From the NCBI RefSeq assembly GCF_009914755.1, contig NC_060934.1: a stretch of 64,000 nucleotides of DNA. The stretch is one strand, 5' to 3'. The DNA is from the human T2T-CHM13v2.0 reference genome, Homo sapiens. The notes under the pieces are model-generated. The model was not told the origin of the DNA and did not search any database. It saw only the letters and a list, made by a program, of their open reading frames with translations. The stretch's first letter is position 1. Every line of letters starts with the position of its first letter. Shown here one piece after another: positions 1-16,297 of the stretch. Position numbers and translations under genes: made by a program.

Positions 1-151
1 AGGGACCTCAGATTAGGGGACTGGATTCCCAGTCCTGCCTTTCCTGACACATGCCTCAACCTCCCTGAGACTGTAAAAGGGGCCAAGAATACATGCCCGA
101 CCTTCTAGGGTGGTAGCGGAGACAATGTGAGGCCATATCCTCCTAGGAGCC

Positions 152-537
152 TTCTATGGTTTCAATGTCCCCTCCAAAATCATGCTGAAATTTCATTGCC
201 ATTGTAAACGTTAAGAGGGGGACCTTTAAGAGGTGATTCAGTCACAAAGGCTCTGCCCTCATGAATGGATTAATGCCATCACAGCAGGAGTGAGTGAATT
301 ATCACAGGAGCAGGTTGCTGATAAAAGAATGAAGTTCAGCCCCTATCCTCGCTCTCACACCCTAGTTTGCTCTTCTGCCTCCACCATGGGATAATGCAAC
401 AAGAAAGCCCTTACCAGATACAAATGTCTTGACCTTGGATTTCCCAGCCTCAGGAACCATAAGAAATAAATTCTGTTTCTTTATAAATTATCCAATCTGT
501 GATATTCTGTTCTAGCAACACAAAATGGACTAAGACA
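152..537 (+). mobile_element. MaLR solo LTR (MST family, MSTD-like)
   Basis: Starts ..tatggtttcaatgtcccctccaaaa and ends ..aataaattctgtttctttataaattatcca...ggactaagaca; 5-bp TSD GAGCC at 147-151 and 538-542. Confidence 0.85.
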
Positions 538-2194
538 GAGCCCCCACAGCCTCAGCCTGGCACACAGATGCCCATGTCAGCTGAATGTCAGGAAAGACTG
601 TCACTAACCTGTATGAGCAGGAATTTCTGAAGCATTACAAAAATCCCTTCTGAAATTTGATTGAACCTTTTAAGGTCACCCAGGGATCTCAAACTATCCC
701 TGCACCAGCAATTCTACTTAGAAATGAATCCAGTCTAACAAATGGGCATTGGCTTCAGTCTAAACTCTGCCGGCAGAACATCACATCTTTATGGACAACA
801 AGAGAGCCACATCCATCCTGACTCTGAGAGTAGGAGGGATTGTGGTCCCATCTGAGCCATTTACAGAAATACAAGTTAAGAGAGAGGGTCAGAGTCTATT
901 GTCACATGGCCTAGGGTCTTGAGACAGGGTTTAGCTTAAGCACGGTACCACCATTACCTTCTACTCTCTAATTCCAATTCCAGACACCTCAGAGGAATTT
1001 GAAAAACAAAAACCAAAAACCAAAGAACTAAGATATTGATTGAGGTGTCTCTTTGTGGCACAAATCTGTCTGTCTCCAGCACAGGAAGTCTCCCAGCTGT
1101 CCTTGCCTTTTCTTTCTGGCTGCTTCTACTTCCAGGACATACTCAGAATCATTAAGTACTTAAAAACAGCATTTCAAACAAACTAATGAAAAAAGCTAAT
1201 ACATGTGTGGCACTTCACAATTTATAAAAGGTATTCAAAGATAATAACTCCTGTGATCCCATCAACCCCAATTATACTGATTCTGCAGATACAGAAATTG
1301 TACTTCGAAAATCTTAAGGGGGTTTCTGGGGAGAAGAAAATAAAATTTTAAGGGATTCACCCCTGCAGTGGGGAGCTCTAACCTGCTTGGGAGAGCCGGC
1401 TATGCCCAGCCCTTCCCAACTGTATGGTTGACTCCACCTTGGTAGCTTGAAATTGGCTGCAGTGGAAGCATTTATACCATGGAAACTGGCAAACTTTACA
1501 GATCAGGGCCTTCCTCTTCCTGCCCTCTGGAGAGCTGGTTGTTAAACATTTACCGGCACACCATTGTGCCAAAGGTTATACTGATTCCAAACTGCAGAGT
1601 GAAGCTTTTCATTCAAGTGCTTATAAATTTCAGAAACAAGAATGTGAACCCTTTCTGAAAAGGCACTCTTGCTCTTGCACTGTGAATAAAGACACAAACC
1701 TGCCCTCACCTGGGTCTCTCCAGTGTCTGCACACCCACTGGGAGATGAAAGCATGAGACCTGTGTTCACAGCATCCAACTTGCAATGTCAAACATTCTAG
1801 AATGCTACACATTCTAGAACTACTCTCTAAACACCTAGGCTCCTGACTCCTCCCAGACCTGAACTTCAGGCTCCTTCAAGCTCTCTTATGACCTAATTTT
1901 GCTGGGTGTAACCTCTGCAAGAAAATGCAAACACATATAATCTGTCACCTTGCTAGGTATTCTTCTATTCATCCCGGTGACAAGGGAGCATAACCCTGGT
2001 GGTTGATCATTCTCTTATTTACCTTCAGAATGGCCTCTGCTTGAGTGGAGAAGAAAAGATTATCTCCCAAAGTTTAACAAAGCACTTAGTGAAGACTATG
2101 GCTTGAAAAGAAAAAACATGTTAAAATCCAACATGGGACTGGGAGGAGAAGGGAGAGGAAGAAAAAATTTTTAAATCCCTCCATGGAACTCCTA

Positions 2195-2473
<279 letters not shown>

Positions 2474-2796
2474 TTATTAATGCATGCCATCCTCCCCACT
2501 AAAGTATTAGACATGTTTTTCACCAACACATCCCCACCCCAGCAAATGTCCTCAATATCATTACATCTCTGCTACCTTTTTAGGAAAGAGCCCATAACAA
2601 GACAGATATAAAAAAATCTGAACGAGATGCCATCAGATCAATGCCCCACTCACAAGGGAGTTTTCACAAACACAACTTGCCTAGAGGAATGTCAACACCA
2701 GTGTCAGCACCAGAGATTTGCCGGAAAATTAGAAACATTAGGATATCCCTATGAGTAATTGATCCCTCACTAAAGTAAGGTGCTAGGAGGGGTTCA

Positions 2797-3171
<375 letters not shown>

Positions 3172-4099
3172 TCAACTCATTTGTTAAATCCCTTTGCCAT
3201 GCAACAACCAGAATGATCTTTTAAGTGCATAATATAAACAGATTACTCCACTAATCCTTCTTTCACTGCCCTATGGAAGATGCGCTCTGGCCCCACCACC
3301 TCTTCCAGCCTCTTCTCACACTCTTTCCACATCCTCCCAAGCTCTGGCTCTTGCTGCTTCAAGATCTCCAGGCATGCTTTTCCCTGCCCAGAAGGCTCTT
3401 CCCCAGCTGTTTGCGAGCCCAGCTCCCTCTCCTCCTTCTGGTCACACCCTCAAGCTTCTAGGTCACCTCCTCTGAGACTTCTCCCTGAACTACCTTGTTA
3501 AAGGCAGTCTCCCTCCGACCCCCATCTCAGTTTCCTCTCTTTATATTTACCACAGTCTAAACATTCTATTTCTTTTTTCTTTTCCATCTTCTCCATTACA
3601 AGGTAACTGCCATTGTATTACCAGGGTCTGGCACCATTGTATGCACAAAGCCAGCACTCTATAAATGCATGTTCAATATGTTCATGTTTTGAATACCAGC
3701 CTGGCTTTCTGTCTCTTTTCCAGAGCAACAGTCTTTGGGTGAAACTGAAAGTCAGAAAAATACCTTGGGTTCACCAACAGTGTCTACTATCAGTTAGGTA
3801 ATTTGAATGATGTCAATACCACTCAACCGATGACAAAAAATAAAAGACTCATTTAAGTCTCTGACTCAGAAAAAAAAAAAAAACAGCTGAAGGAAGGAGC
3901 TGATGGACCAGTCTCAAACCAACCCTGGCTAAGCTCTCTGAATGAGAACCACACAACAAAGCACAATTTCCAGCTGACCTGACTTGCAGGGAGGAGTTTG
4001 GGTGGCCCCAGAGCCTTGGAAAAGCTAAGTGGCATGTCCCCAGAACAGGACATGATGAGTAGTGTTCTACTCATATTTATTTATTTTTTATCAAAGTTT

Positions 4100-4250
4100 A
4101 GGCTAAGTGTGGGCGGTGGCTCACACGTGTAATCCCAGCATTTTGGGAGTACAAGGCAGTAGGATCACTTGAGCTCAGGAGTTTGAGACCAGCTTGGGAG
4201 ACATAGCAAGACCCTGTCTCTATAAGAAAAAAAAAGTTTAAAAAACTCAA
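4100..4250 (+). mobile_element. Alu left monomer (FLAM-like), duplicated copy
   Basis: Monomer with A-rich tail; near-identical to 5882-6030. Confidence 0.85.
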
Positions 4251-4849
4251 AGAAACAAATATGCTTATAATGCATGATGGTAATTGCCTGCCCCACTCCT
4301 CCCAACCATACCTATAGCCAACAGCCAGCAGGGACTGCTGCAGAGCAGGTGGGCAGCTTCCTCCAGTGGGTGTCCTGAGCACACATGGCTTCCAGCCTCA
4401 AACACTTTACAACTGTTCATATGATGCCATCATGTTCCCGCATCAAAGCATCATTAGCCACCTCATTTCATTCCACAACAAAAAGAGCAGTCTCATTAGC
4501 TTGCTTGCCCAAAGGATCTGGGCACTGAAAATCCAACAGGTCCAGTTCCTTGGTGAATTTCTATCACTGAACAGTAGAGCTTACTGGCCACAGGAAGCCA
4601 CTGATGTGGTCCTGGAGTACTGTGGCATGACAAAGGTGACAAAGCGTTGTTCTACTTAGGCAAGCTGGAAGACACTGTCCAGTGGAAAGGAGTGGACCCT
4701 CCTGGGTTCCTTGACTCAGCTATCTCAGCTCTACTTACTTTCCAGGATCCTCAAACTAATCTGTTACTAAACTCCATCTCATTGGACACATTGTCCTGAT
4801 TTTACTCAGTCGAAAGGAATGACAGTAGTAACAGAAGGAATAGCAATTA

Positions 4850-5085
4850 CTGAGCTACGTGCCAGGAGGCAATGGGTGACCAGGCGTTGTTTTAAATGCT
4901 TTATGTGGATTAATTGATTCAATTTTCAAAATTACCCTATTAATTGGTACTATTATTGTCCTTATTTTCTGATGAGGAAACTGAGGCAACAGGAGGTTAA
5001 GGGACTTGCCCAAGGTGGCACAATTAGTAAACAGGCAAGCTGGATTCAAACCCATGAAGACTGGTTGCAGAGCTCTCATTTATAA
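4850..5085 (-). mobile_element. MIR
   Basis: gatgaggaaactgaggcaacaggaggttaagggacttgcccaagg core. Other MIRs seen near 13810-14000, 27535-27700, 38910-39110, 41115-41300, 54590-54800 and 62520-62745. Confidence 0.85.
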
Positions 5086-5138
5086 ACACGACTTACTTTT
5101 TAGGCAAACCTATGAAATCCTGAAGCTTTAGGGAATAA

Positions 5139-5709
<571 letters not shown>

Positions 5710-5881
5710 TAAAGAAACTCCACAGACCAACTGACTTTCATTAACATTTATTGAGCACATGGCACAGGCCACATTTGAAATTTTCGCACACTATTTCACT
5801 TAAATTAACCCTAACAATAAAGATATGGAGTGGGAAGTATGGGTTTTTTACCCCATATTTATTTATTTTTTATCAAAGTTT

Positions 5882-6030
5882 AGGCTAAGTGTGGGCGGTG
5901 GCTCACATGTGTAATCCCAGCTTTTGGGAGTACAAGGCAGTAGGATCGCTTGAGCTCAGGAGTTTGAGACCAGCTTGGGCGACATAGCAAGACCCTGTCT
6001 CTATAAGAAAGAAAAAGTTTAAAAAACCCA
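5882..6030 (+). mobile_element. Alu left monomer (FLAM-like)
   Basis: Monomer with A-rich tail, inside old L1M-like sequence. Confidence 0.85.
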
Positions 6031-7194
6031 AAGAAACAAATATGCTTATAATGCATGATGGTAATTGCCTGCCCCACTCCTCCCAACCCCTATAGGCAAA
6101 TGTGCTCAACTTTTGGTGTTTTTTCTTAACACTATGCTTATATCAACTCAGTCATTAGCTACTGACATCCTGTTTCTGCAGGTGAAGATTCGGCTCTTAC
6201 CAATAGGCCTACACCACAAATTTTGGTTAAACCCATGGTCACTGTTTTACACTTTGCGAATGTAATTATTGTTCTACTAGACTCTGTAGTGCTTCCTAGG
6301 AATAGATTCCCTTTCTTGTACAATGGTTTTTGTTCTCTTAGATTTAATCGTTTCCCTTTCTCCCACTTGCCTAGTTCCTGATGAATAATCCATCATGTTT
6401 TCTACCTATTTTGTTGTGATCTACTAATAATTTTTTCCAATGCTCAAACTCACCAGATAACTTATCAAACCTCCTGATGTGGAGAGAAAATTGGGTGTTC
6501 TCAGTATTGTTTTAACTGAAAAAAACCCTGACTCTGAGACAGGTTAGGAGCTTGGCTCTATGTCCTCCAGGAAGTGGTAGAGACGTGATTTGCCCACTAC
6601 CAACTGCAGCACCAGCTCCCTGGAAGCACACTGCCCCTGGGTAAAGATGTGCAGGCTGTGGCTGCACAACTCCAGAGGGTGCTGCCCCCAACTCAGATGA
6701 GAACAGTGCCCTGGAGAGGCAAGGCACAGGCCCTGTCAACAAGGTGCCTTCCAATCTCGTCTCCAATGCTGCTCCTGGTCATCTTGCACCACGCTAGCCC
6801 CCAACCTGAAAGTACTGTGTTGACTGCCGACTCTCTGGCTGGCCTTGCTTGCCTGATTCATGTTTAGTAGTTGGCATCTTTGCCTACTTATTATGCAAAA
6901 CTACCATATTAGTGTTGCCTCACTGTGGTCGTGTGGTTTTCATGGCAGGGATGGCCTTTCCCTGGGGGTGTCTCCATCATATCAACTCTCTCCAATGGCA
7001 AGAAGCCACTCCTGGGCTCTTGTTGCAAAAGTCCAAGTGCTTTTTGAATCCTGTTGTATATTGCAAGGGTGCTTTCAAGTCAAGATAGGGGTGATGACAG
7101 ACATGCCCTGCACCCAAGGAATGGTTAAACCTTTCCTGCTGCATGGAAGGCCTGCTGACAACTCACCTTTTGGACATTCCTGAGGGAGGGGTGA

Positions 7195-7554
<360 letters not shown>

Positions 7555-8384
7555 TGATATTTTTTTTCTGGAAAAGCTCTTACACATCAAAAATGAATGC
7601 TATCCAGCATGTAATGCTCGACAATGTAGATGAACAGCTGGTCACTGAGGGATGGGACGATGCATGGCAGATAGTCCTGGTCCTGATCTTGCTCCTCCCT
7701 CCCTGGCTGTGATACAAAAGCAAGGAAACAAGGTAAGCGTGGTGAACACAAAGAGGAGAGGCAGACTCATAGGGAAAAGTGATCCCAACTGAAAAAGCAA
7801 TTCCAGAAATACCAGGCTTGAAAGCTGACATGGGCTCTACGAGTGTTTTCTTTGGACTTCCAGCTGGAATTCAAACAGTATTTTACTCTGAATTTAACAG
7901 TTGGGTTAGTTCTTAATTGTATCAAGCACCCAAGACAGATGACACCAAATTCCGGCCAACTTCTGTTAAGGATAAAGTGGCAAATGAAAGATTCAGACAT
8001 TCTTTTGTCAAAACCTGTCCCGTTGCAAGTGAAGAAACCCAACGTAACCCAAACATACCTATTATCACAATAACAGGAGTACTCAGAATGGAAACATGGT
8101 TGCCCACAGAAGTACCTTATTCTGTTTCATCAATAAAAGTTTAATTAGTTAGTGTAGAGGGTCTAAGCCAATGCTTTTCAAACTTTGGGTCTTGAACCAC
8201 TGGAACATAAAATAAGTTTAATGGATCATCACCGGCATACTTAAAAAGTAGAAAAGAAACTAGCAGAGAGTAAAGGTAAGTATTGCTTCATGTGAGTTTT
8301 ATTTCAGCCATTTATATGCATGTGTATATGAATCCTGGGTCTTGCTGTGTAAAAGTGTGTTTCTTCCTGGGGTAGGCATGGTGG

Positions 8385-8885
<501 letters not shown>

Positions 8886-10289
8886 CCTGCATCCCTCCGT
8901 GGAACCTAGGATGAAGGACAAAGTAACTCTTCCCTTTAGGGAGGGCCATGCTCTGTAGTTTGCCCCAGGCTCCACTCAGGTCACCTGCCTGATTCTCGGG
9001 GCATCCATACGTCTGACCCCAGTTCTAATCATCCTTAGCTCAATGTGACCCACAAAACCCCCCTACTTACCTCTCCTTATGTCCATTGCTGTATGATGTG
9101 GCCAAAATGCTAAACTGAGCTGCTTGCATCTCCTCAGACAGGAGGCATACTTTATTGCTTCTGTTTTACCCACTTGAGTCCCTTTCTCGCCATCCTCTTT
9201 TTATCCACTATTGCATTCCTGTTCATCCTTCAAAGCCCAATCTTCCATGACCATCCAATAGCATTCATCACTTTCTGTCCTGCAGTCCCATATTACTTTC
9301 ATAGTTCCCCTTTGAGTACATTTCACATTGTATCATAATGACTTATCTATGTGTGTCTGTTTCTTGCTAGAAAGTGAGTGCTTTCAGGTCAAGAACTGCA
9401 TTTTATGTGTTGCTATATCTAGATGGCTTATCTCATATTAGAGTCTAAAAAAAATTTCCCAAATAAGAATAACCATCTCCCCGACCCATACACCTCATTC
9501 ATTCACTTATTAGTTCATTCAACATTCACTGAGTGCTTACTATGGAGCAGACACTGTGTAATGAATATAGGTTGAATCAAACACCATCCCCAACATTAAG
9601 AAACCTACAGAACTCCTCAAATACCAATCTTAAATGCCCCCTTTTCCATAAAGCCTTTTCTGATTCCCTTGGGACTATAGCTCTTCCTTCCTTAGAACCC
9701 CCATAGAAGATTGTTCACCCCCATTCTATCACCTGGTGTCCCCTCCATTTTGCATTCTCCATCAGCATCCCTCTCAACACCTGCTAACCCATTCATCCAC
9801 TAAATGTAGGATCTTTCCAGTGTGTCGAGTTATTCTCGAAGTGCCTCACAGATAAGAGACCTCAAGAAAATTGTAATGTGATCAGGCCGCTACTAGAAGC
9901 CCTTCGCTATGGCTCATTGCTATTTCTGAGTTTTAGGCTAGGACCTCTACACATGCCAGAAGTGGTAGCATTTTCCAGGTAAGCAGGGACAGAGGGGCAT
10001 CCAATCCTTCTTTAGTGCTCAGCATAACTGGGCTCTCGTCCTGCGGACTCCAATCCCCATCAGTCCTAAAACTGCTCCTTGATGGCCATTCAGAAGGTGT
10101 CCCTCAAGTGGCACATGGCAGCAGTCCAGTAGACACCCACCTAGCTCATGTGTCACTATGAGATGGTCCATGGACCCAGGCACCCATAGCCCCTATCATT
10201 TTTCCAGGAAGGGAGTACTCAGCCTTCTCTCCCATTCCCCATCAGATACTCCAATGAGGAACAACCTTGCCACCTTTTCCTATCATCCA

Positions 10290-10600
10290 CTTTTCTTTTT
10301 CTTTTTTTTTTTTTTTTTGAGACAGGGTCTCACTCTATTGCCCGGGCTGGAGTGCAATGGCACGTTCATGGCTCATCGCATCCTCGACCTCCAGGCTCAG
10401 ATGATCCTCCCACCACTGCAGCCTCTTAAGTAGCTGGGACTACAGGCACACACCACCATGCATGGCTAAATTTTTGTCGGGGGATGGGGGGAATTTTGTT
10501 TTTTGGAGAGACAGGGTCTCACACTTCCGAGCTCAAGTGATCTGCCTGCTTTAGCCTCCCAAATTGCTGGTATTATAGGTATAAGCCACTGTGCCTGACC
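10290..10600 (-). mobile_element. AluJ
   Basis: Diverged antisense Alu with J-type features; TSD ccacttttctt. Confidence 0.85.
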
Positions 10601-10706
10601 CACTTTTCTTAATTCTTCTTAAACTTTTCCCTTCTCATGTTTCAAATAGAGAACAACAGAAATAAACAGAAGAAAAAATACAGACTACTAGAACATAGAC
10701 AGAATG

Positions 10707-10900
10707 CAGTTGACTCTTGAACAACACGGGTTTGAACTGCACAGATCCCCTTGCACACAGATTTTCTTCTACCTCTGCCACCCCTGAGACAGCAAGACCA
10801 AATCCTCCTCTTCTTCCTTCTCCTCACCTGCTCAGCATAAAGACAAGGAGGATAAAGGCCTTTATGATGATCTACTTCCACCAAATGAACAGTAAATATT
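10707..10900 (+). mobile_element. Tigger2-family DNA transposon fragment
   Basis: Begins cagttgactcttgaacaacacgggtttgaactgcac, the Tigger2/MER28-type terminus. Confidence 0.8.
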
Positions 10901-11015
10901 GTACAGTGGTAGTAAATGAAACACTCCAAGCCTAAACAACATATTTCAATTCCTCAAAGATTAAAGAGGGAGTGGTAGCCTTTGTGAGCCAAGATAGCTG
11001 ATTAACTCTTTTCCC

Positions 11016-11190
11016 TTTTTTTCGTTTGTTTTCTGAGACAAGGTCTGGCTCTATTGCTCAGGCTGGAGTGCATGGCGATCTCAGCTCACTGCAACCTCTG
11101 CCTCCTAGGCTCAAGCCATCCTCCCACCTCAGCTTCCTGAGTAGCTGAGACTACAGGCATGCATCACCATGCCTGGCTAATTTTTGTATT
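11016..11190 (-). mobile_element. Alu right arm only
   Basis: Antisense right monomer ending at the central A-rich linker. Confidence 0.8.
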
Positions 11191-11651
11191 GTTAATGAAC
11201 TTTTACCCAAAAATTCCAAATAGCTCTATGATTCCAGGTAAACATGCTCATCTAAGTCTTGGAAACATAGGAGTGATGCCTGCAGAATATGCACACCTGT
11301 GCCTTCATTCTGAATTAATGTTGCCTTCTCCAAGTCACGCTGAGCCCCAACTCGCCCCCATGAAAAAGTAACTTAAACTTCCTGCCAACCTTTGCTCCCA
11401 GTATCATATACTGACAGCAGTTTCTTGGCCACTGGGATCTCACAGGTCTGCTTCATTATGAAACATGGCTTTGTTTCATCCTGCTGGAGAGCCAGAGTGA
11501 CAGTGATGTTCTTTACCTTCTTTTTGCCATCTGTGCATGGTGAGCCAGATGATATTTGCAAAAGGGAATGAAGAAGCTACTTCTATAAAAATTTTGACTT
11601 ACCCACCTGTAGGGCTGGTCATTTTACCCACAGAAACTACAGATTACCTGC

Positions 11652-11836
11652 ACAGTGTCAAAATGTGGTCCCTGAATCAAGAACATCAACATTATCTGGG
11701 AAGTGTTAGAAATGCAAAATCTCAGGCCTTCTCCCAGACCTACTGAATCAGAAACTCTGAGGGCAGGGCCCAGAAATCTGTGTTTTCACAAGCCTTCCAG
11801 ATGATTCTGATCCCAGTTGAAATTTGAGAAGCACTG
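11652..11836. mobile_element. MER5A (hAT-Charlie) DNA transposon
   Basis: gttagaaatgcaaaatctcaggccttctcccagacctactgaatcagaaactctg...tttgagaagcactg. Confidence 0.85.
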
Positions 11837-14725
11837 TCCTAGACAGTAATTTCCTTAGAAGTATTAAAAAAGCCAGGATCTTCATAGTTAAATGCAAGTA
11901 TTCAAACAAGCCAGCCTGTTTGATTGCAACAGGGACACACAAACTCACCCCTGTTCCACCCCCAGGGGACACTGGACCATAATAACATTAATTATGTCAG
12001 TCTGAGCACAAATACAATGTTTCAGAGAAAAGAGGTCATGCATAACAAATTTTCGCTCTCCCCACTGTTAACAAAATTTGCCCTTGAATACACAGCTCCT
12101 GCCAGTTTGGGATAAACATACCTCTCGGTATGAGTCACCATCAGACAAACACACAATGAAATAGGAAGCTGGGCTGGTTTTTACTGTGGTGCACCCAGAT
12201 CAAACTCAACCACAATGGGAAGAAATCCTGCACCACTCACTGATCACTGAACCTTCTGAAAAGTTCTCTGGCTCTTTAATGCTGGCTCAGGAAAACACTC
12301 AGCACTTTGACTTTGGCATAGGAGAAGCCAACAATACCAGGATCCTCTTTCTTGACCCCTAGGGCTGTGAATGCGATGGCAAAGAGGGCCACCTCCTCAA
12401 AATGAATCAAATGCCAAGATATGCTTCTTGGTGGGGTGAGTCTCTTGCAGTACATCTTCTGCAGGAATTTGGAAAAGTCAATTTGTCGTTCTTTAAAAGA
12501 AACTCTCTGTGATGCAACACAAGTTGTTCATCCTTCCTGGTCATTTGGCCTGGCATGGGAAAGGCAAGAAGCAATACCACCTCCAAAGTCTGACAGTAGC
12601 TAACAGTAGATGAGGCCCAACCTCCATTTCAGATGCCCACTGTCTACATATTCTTGACTTCATTCCTGTCATCAAAAATTGCCCTCAAGAGCCTTGAACA
12701 CATTCAAGTCAATGTATTCCTTCTCTCATATTTATTTATATCGTAGAAATGACATCTTTTTCTCTCTGGATAAACATTTTTTAGACATCAATTAGTTGGT
12801 GTTAGAGGGCAGGAGATTTGTTAAGATTTTTTTTTTTTTTAAACATGTGAAATCCTTTCCTTTAGCTTTGGAAATCCCATTATTCAGACAGTACTTCTGG
12901 AGTGAAGCAGAGCCACACTTCCTGGTAAGAGTAACACTTTCATTTATAAAATAGTACAAGCAATTCACACTTGGGTTGCTTTCTCTCAAGCAGAATATGA
13001 TGACAAAAACTGGAGCACCCCTCCCCACAAAGATGGGAAATTCACAGTTGAGTAGTGTGAATGTCACTGATCAAGAACAATTTATTTTGAAACTTGTAGC
13101 CTTGTAGTGTCTCCTTTAATCTATCACTTCCCTTTAGACCTTACTTAGGAAATGACCTTGTTGGTGGTGTCCCCTTTAAAAGACTGGGGCTTTTGAAGTT
13201 AAGACAAATCCAAGGGCAGGTAGGGGTGAGGCATTAAACTTCAACCCGTGGCTAGGAGTGGCTAGCATATGTGAAAGAAGATGCCTGGATAGTGACTCAA
13301 TAGTCATCGCACACATGAGGAATTATTACACCACAGTGAAAAACCTACTGTTCTTAGCCTTTCCTGAGGATGGAATAGAAGTGGGTATTGACTACACCAG
13401 GCAGCGTGCATGCATCTGAGTGGGTGGTGTCTGTGTGGGTGTGTGTTTTGGGAAGACAGACAGCATTAGAGGCAGCAACACTTCACAGCTCCTAAGGTTG
13501 TTTTACAAGACTGCATATGAAGTCCAATACTTGAGAAAAAGAGCACTGTCCTAAGTTGCACAGGTAACAACTGTTGTTTATCTGGTGTTTACTTAGGTGC
13601 ACAGAGTAATTCTAGAAGAATTCGCAGAAGGGATGCGCCTTCAAGGAGCTCTATAAGGAAGCCAAACTTGAGTTAGATCTTTGATAAATACATAAAAGGG
13701 GGGGGTACAGTATGTCTCACAAGGCAGGTAGACAGTATGACTGAGGTTAGAGCAGAAAATACCACCCCTGTGGTCATTCAAAAGGTAAAAGGGCTCAGGG
13801 TGGACATTAGCACTGGTTTTGGAGCCAGATAGGCAGAAAAATGGATAGAAAATTTAGCTTTTCTACATGCTAGCTAAGTGATCTCTGACCTCCTGTGAGT
13901 CTCCTTTCCCTCACCTATTAGGGGGAAGATACTACTTACCTTGATGGGTTCGAAGATTAAAGACATTGTATATGAAGCTCTGCCATTTAGTATGTGTTCA
14001 ATCACTGACAGATTTAATAATAACATTAAAATGAAAATAAAATAAGATTGGCTTAGAAGAACATTTTTTTAGAAGTAAGCAGGGAGGAGGTATTTTAAGG
14101 ACTTGAGGAGAACCCCGCATGACAAGCAGGAAGCTTTGAACCTTACCTTGTCATTTATTTGGGTTTTTGAGCTGGGAAATGATTCAGTGTTCTAAAAGGA
14201 TTACTTTGGTGCCAGGGTGTAGGTCACATTTGAGACATAGTACATCACTGTCCTCAGGAGCTGCCAAGAACAAGGCTGCAGTGGCTTTTGGATGTGGCAG
14301 GAAGGGGCTACTATCAAACCATAAAGGGTGCTGGACCCAGCAGCTTGAGGCAGAAAGGTGTGGTGTTGGCTTCCCTGTTGATGCCTAACATCTGAATGCC
14401 TCCTGTTATTCCAAAGGGAAAGCAAGGCCTGTTTCTAATGTTATCTTCCTTAAGGTAGATTGTAGCAAGTTTGTACAAATCGGCCAAGAAATCTCAGAGT
14501 CTGCCTAAGAGGTATGAACTGGACTACTCACTTCTGATCACTCCCCAGTCCTTTATCCCCAACACTGGCTTAAGGTCTATAAAACTGAGCTCATCTCCTT
14601 CCTCCCACCGACCTCCTCCCTTCCTCTTCACCACTAGAAACTCTCTCCCATCCACATCCGATTCCACTCTGCTCCTCTTCAGTTCTCCTTCCCAAGCCTA
14701 GCCACATCTAACACTGATGCCTGCG

Positions 14726-15171
14726 TGTAATGGGTTGGACTGCATCACCCTCCAAACTCATCTATTGAAGTCCGAACCCCCAGTATCTCAGAATGTGGCC
14801 CTATTTGGAGATAGGGTCTTTACAGTGGTGACCAAGTTAAAATGAGATCATTAGGGTGGGCCTTAATCCACTGGGACTGGTGTCCTTTTAAAAAGGGGAA
14901 ACATGGAGTCAGATAGGCACACAGGGAGAATGCCCTGTGAACATGAAGGCAGTTGCTTCTATAAGCCAAGGAACACCAAAGATTACCAGCAAACCTCCAG
15001 AAGCCAGGGAGAAGCATAGGACAGATTCTCCTGACAGCCCTCAGAAGGAACCATCTCAGCCAACACCTTGACCTCAGGCTTGTAGCTTCCAGAACAGTGA
15101 GACAATACATTTCTGTGGTTTAAGCCGCTCAGTCTGTGGTACTTTGTTGCAGTGCCACTAGCAAACTGATA
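14726..15171 (+). mobile_element. MaLR solo LTR (MLT1B/C-like)
   Basis: tgtaatgggttg...ttggagatagggtcttt...tttaagccgctcagtctgtggtactttgtt...gcaaactgatac, typical MLT1 termini. Confidence 0.85.
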
Positions 15172-15894
15172 CCTGAGCTACTTGGACTCAAAACTTTAAG
15201 ATCATTTGTTCTGAATCCTTCTCATTACAATCACCCAACCTGTTGTCAGGTCCCATCAATTTTAATATGGTGGCTTCTCTCAAATCTACCATTCTCTTTT
15301 CATTTCAATTTATTATATGTCCACATATCCCCAATCTTTAAAGCCTCAGTTTAAGAGCTGCCTGCTTCAGGGAGTCTTTCCTGATCGGCATACTTGGAAG
15401 CTAAGTCTCCCACCTTTGACCTGCCAGAGCACTGTACCAATGCCTCTTTAAACATCTACATAATATTAGTTATTTGTGAGCTTATTTACTTCCTCGACAG
15501 GTGGTAAAGAAGCAAAGGGCAGCTGTTGTATCTTCTAAACCCTTGAGAGCTTTCTGAGTACCCAGCACTTTGCCTAACACAGAAAGGGCAAGCAGGAGAT
15601 GATAACGGAATAGGGAAGTTTCCTGACCAAAATGGGGCTTACAGAATCCTAAAGGAAAAGAAAGAACTAAGCTAGAACATCTCTGTAGACATATCTACTT
15701 TGATGAAGAGGATTCTTCCATTTTCAACAACTGAAATGAGCTGGGAAATAAGGCCCATAAATAAGGAGGAAGGCCTTTATTAGTCCTTCTGTAGCTTTAT
15801 TATTTGAAGCATCTGTTTCTGCCAAAAGCTAAATGGCATCAAGGAGGAGCTGTGGTGGTCTGATTGACTTTCCATACAAATTGTTCACATCTTA

Positions 15895-16221
<327 letters not shown>

Positions 16222-16297
16222 TCAAGGGAATCCATTGATCTAAACCTTAAAGAGAACTGTGACCAAGGTGTCTTAGCACCCCACTGCTCTCTACAGC

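Noticed and set aside
7580-7865. Minus-strand open frame of ~90 codons after a possible AG
   Set aside because: Poor polypyrimidine tract, no convincing donor, and no resemblance to ABLIM1 or any protein I recognise.
13905-13945. Another minus-strand TAG|GTGAG recursive-site-like motif
   Set aside because: It lies in a MIR core, whose consensus already resembles an acceptor, and no downstream exon-defining donor was seen.
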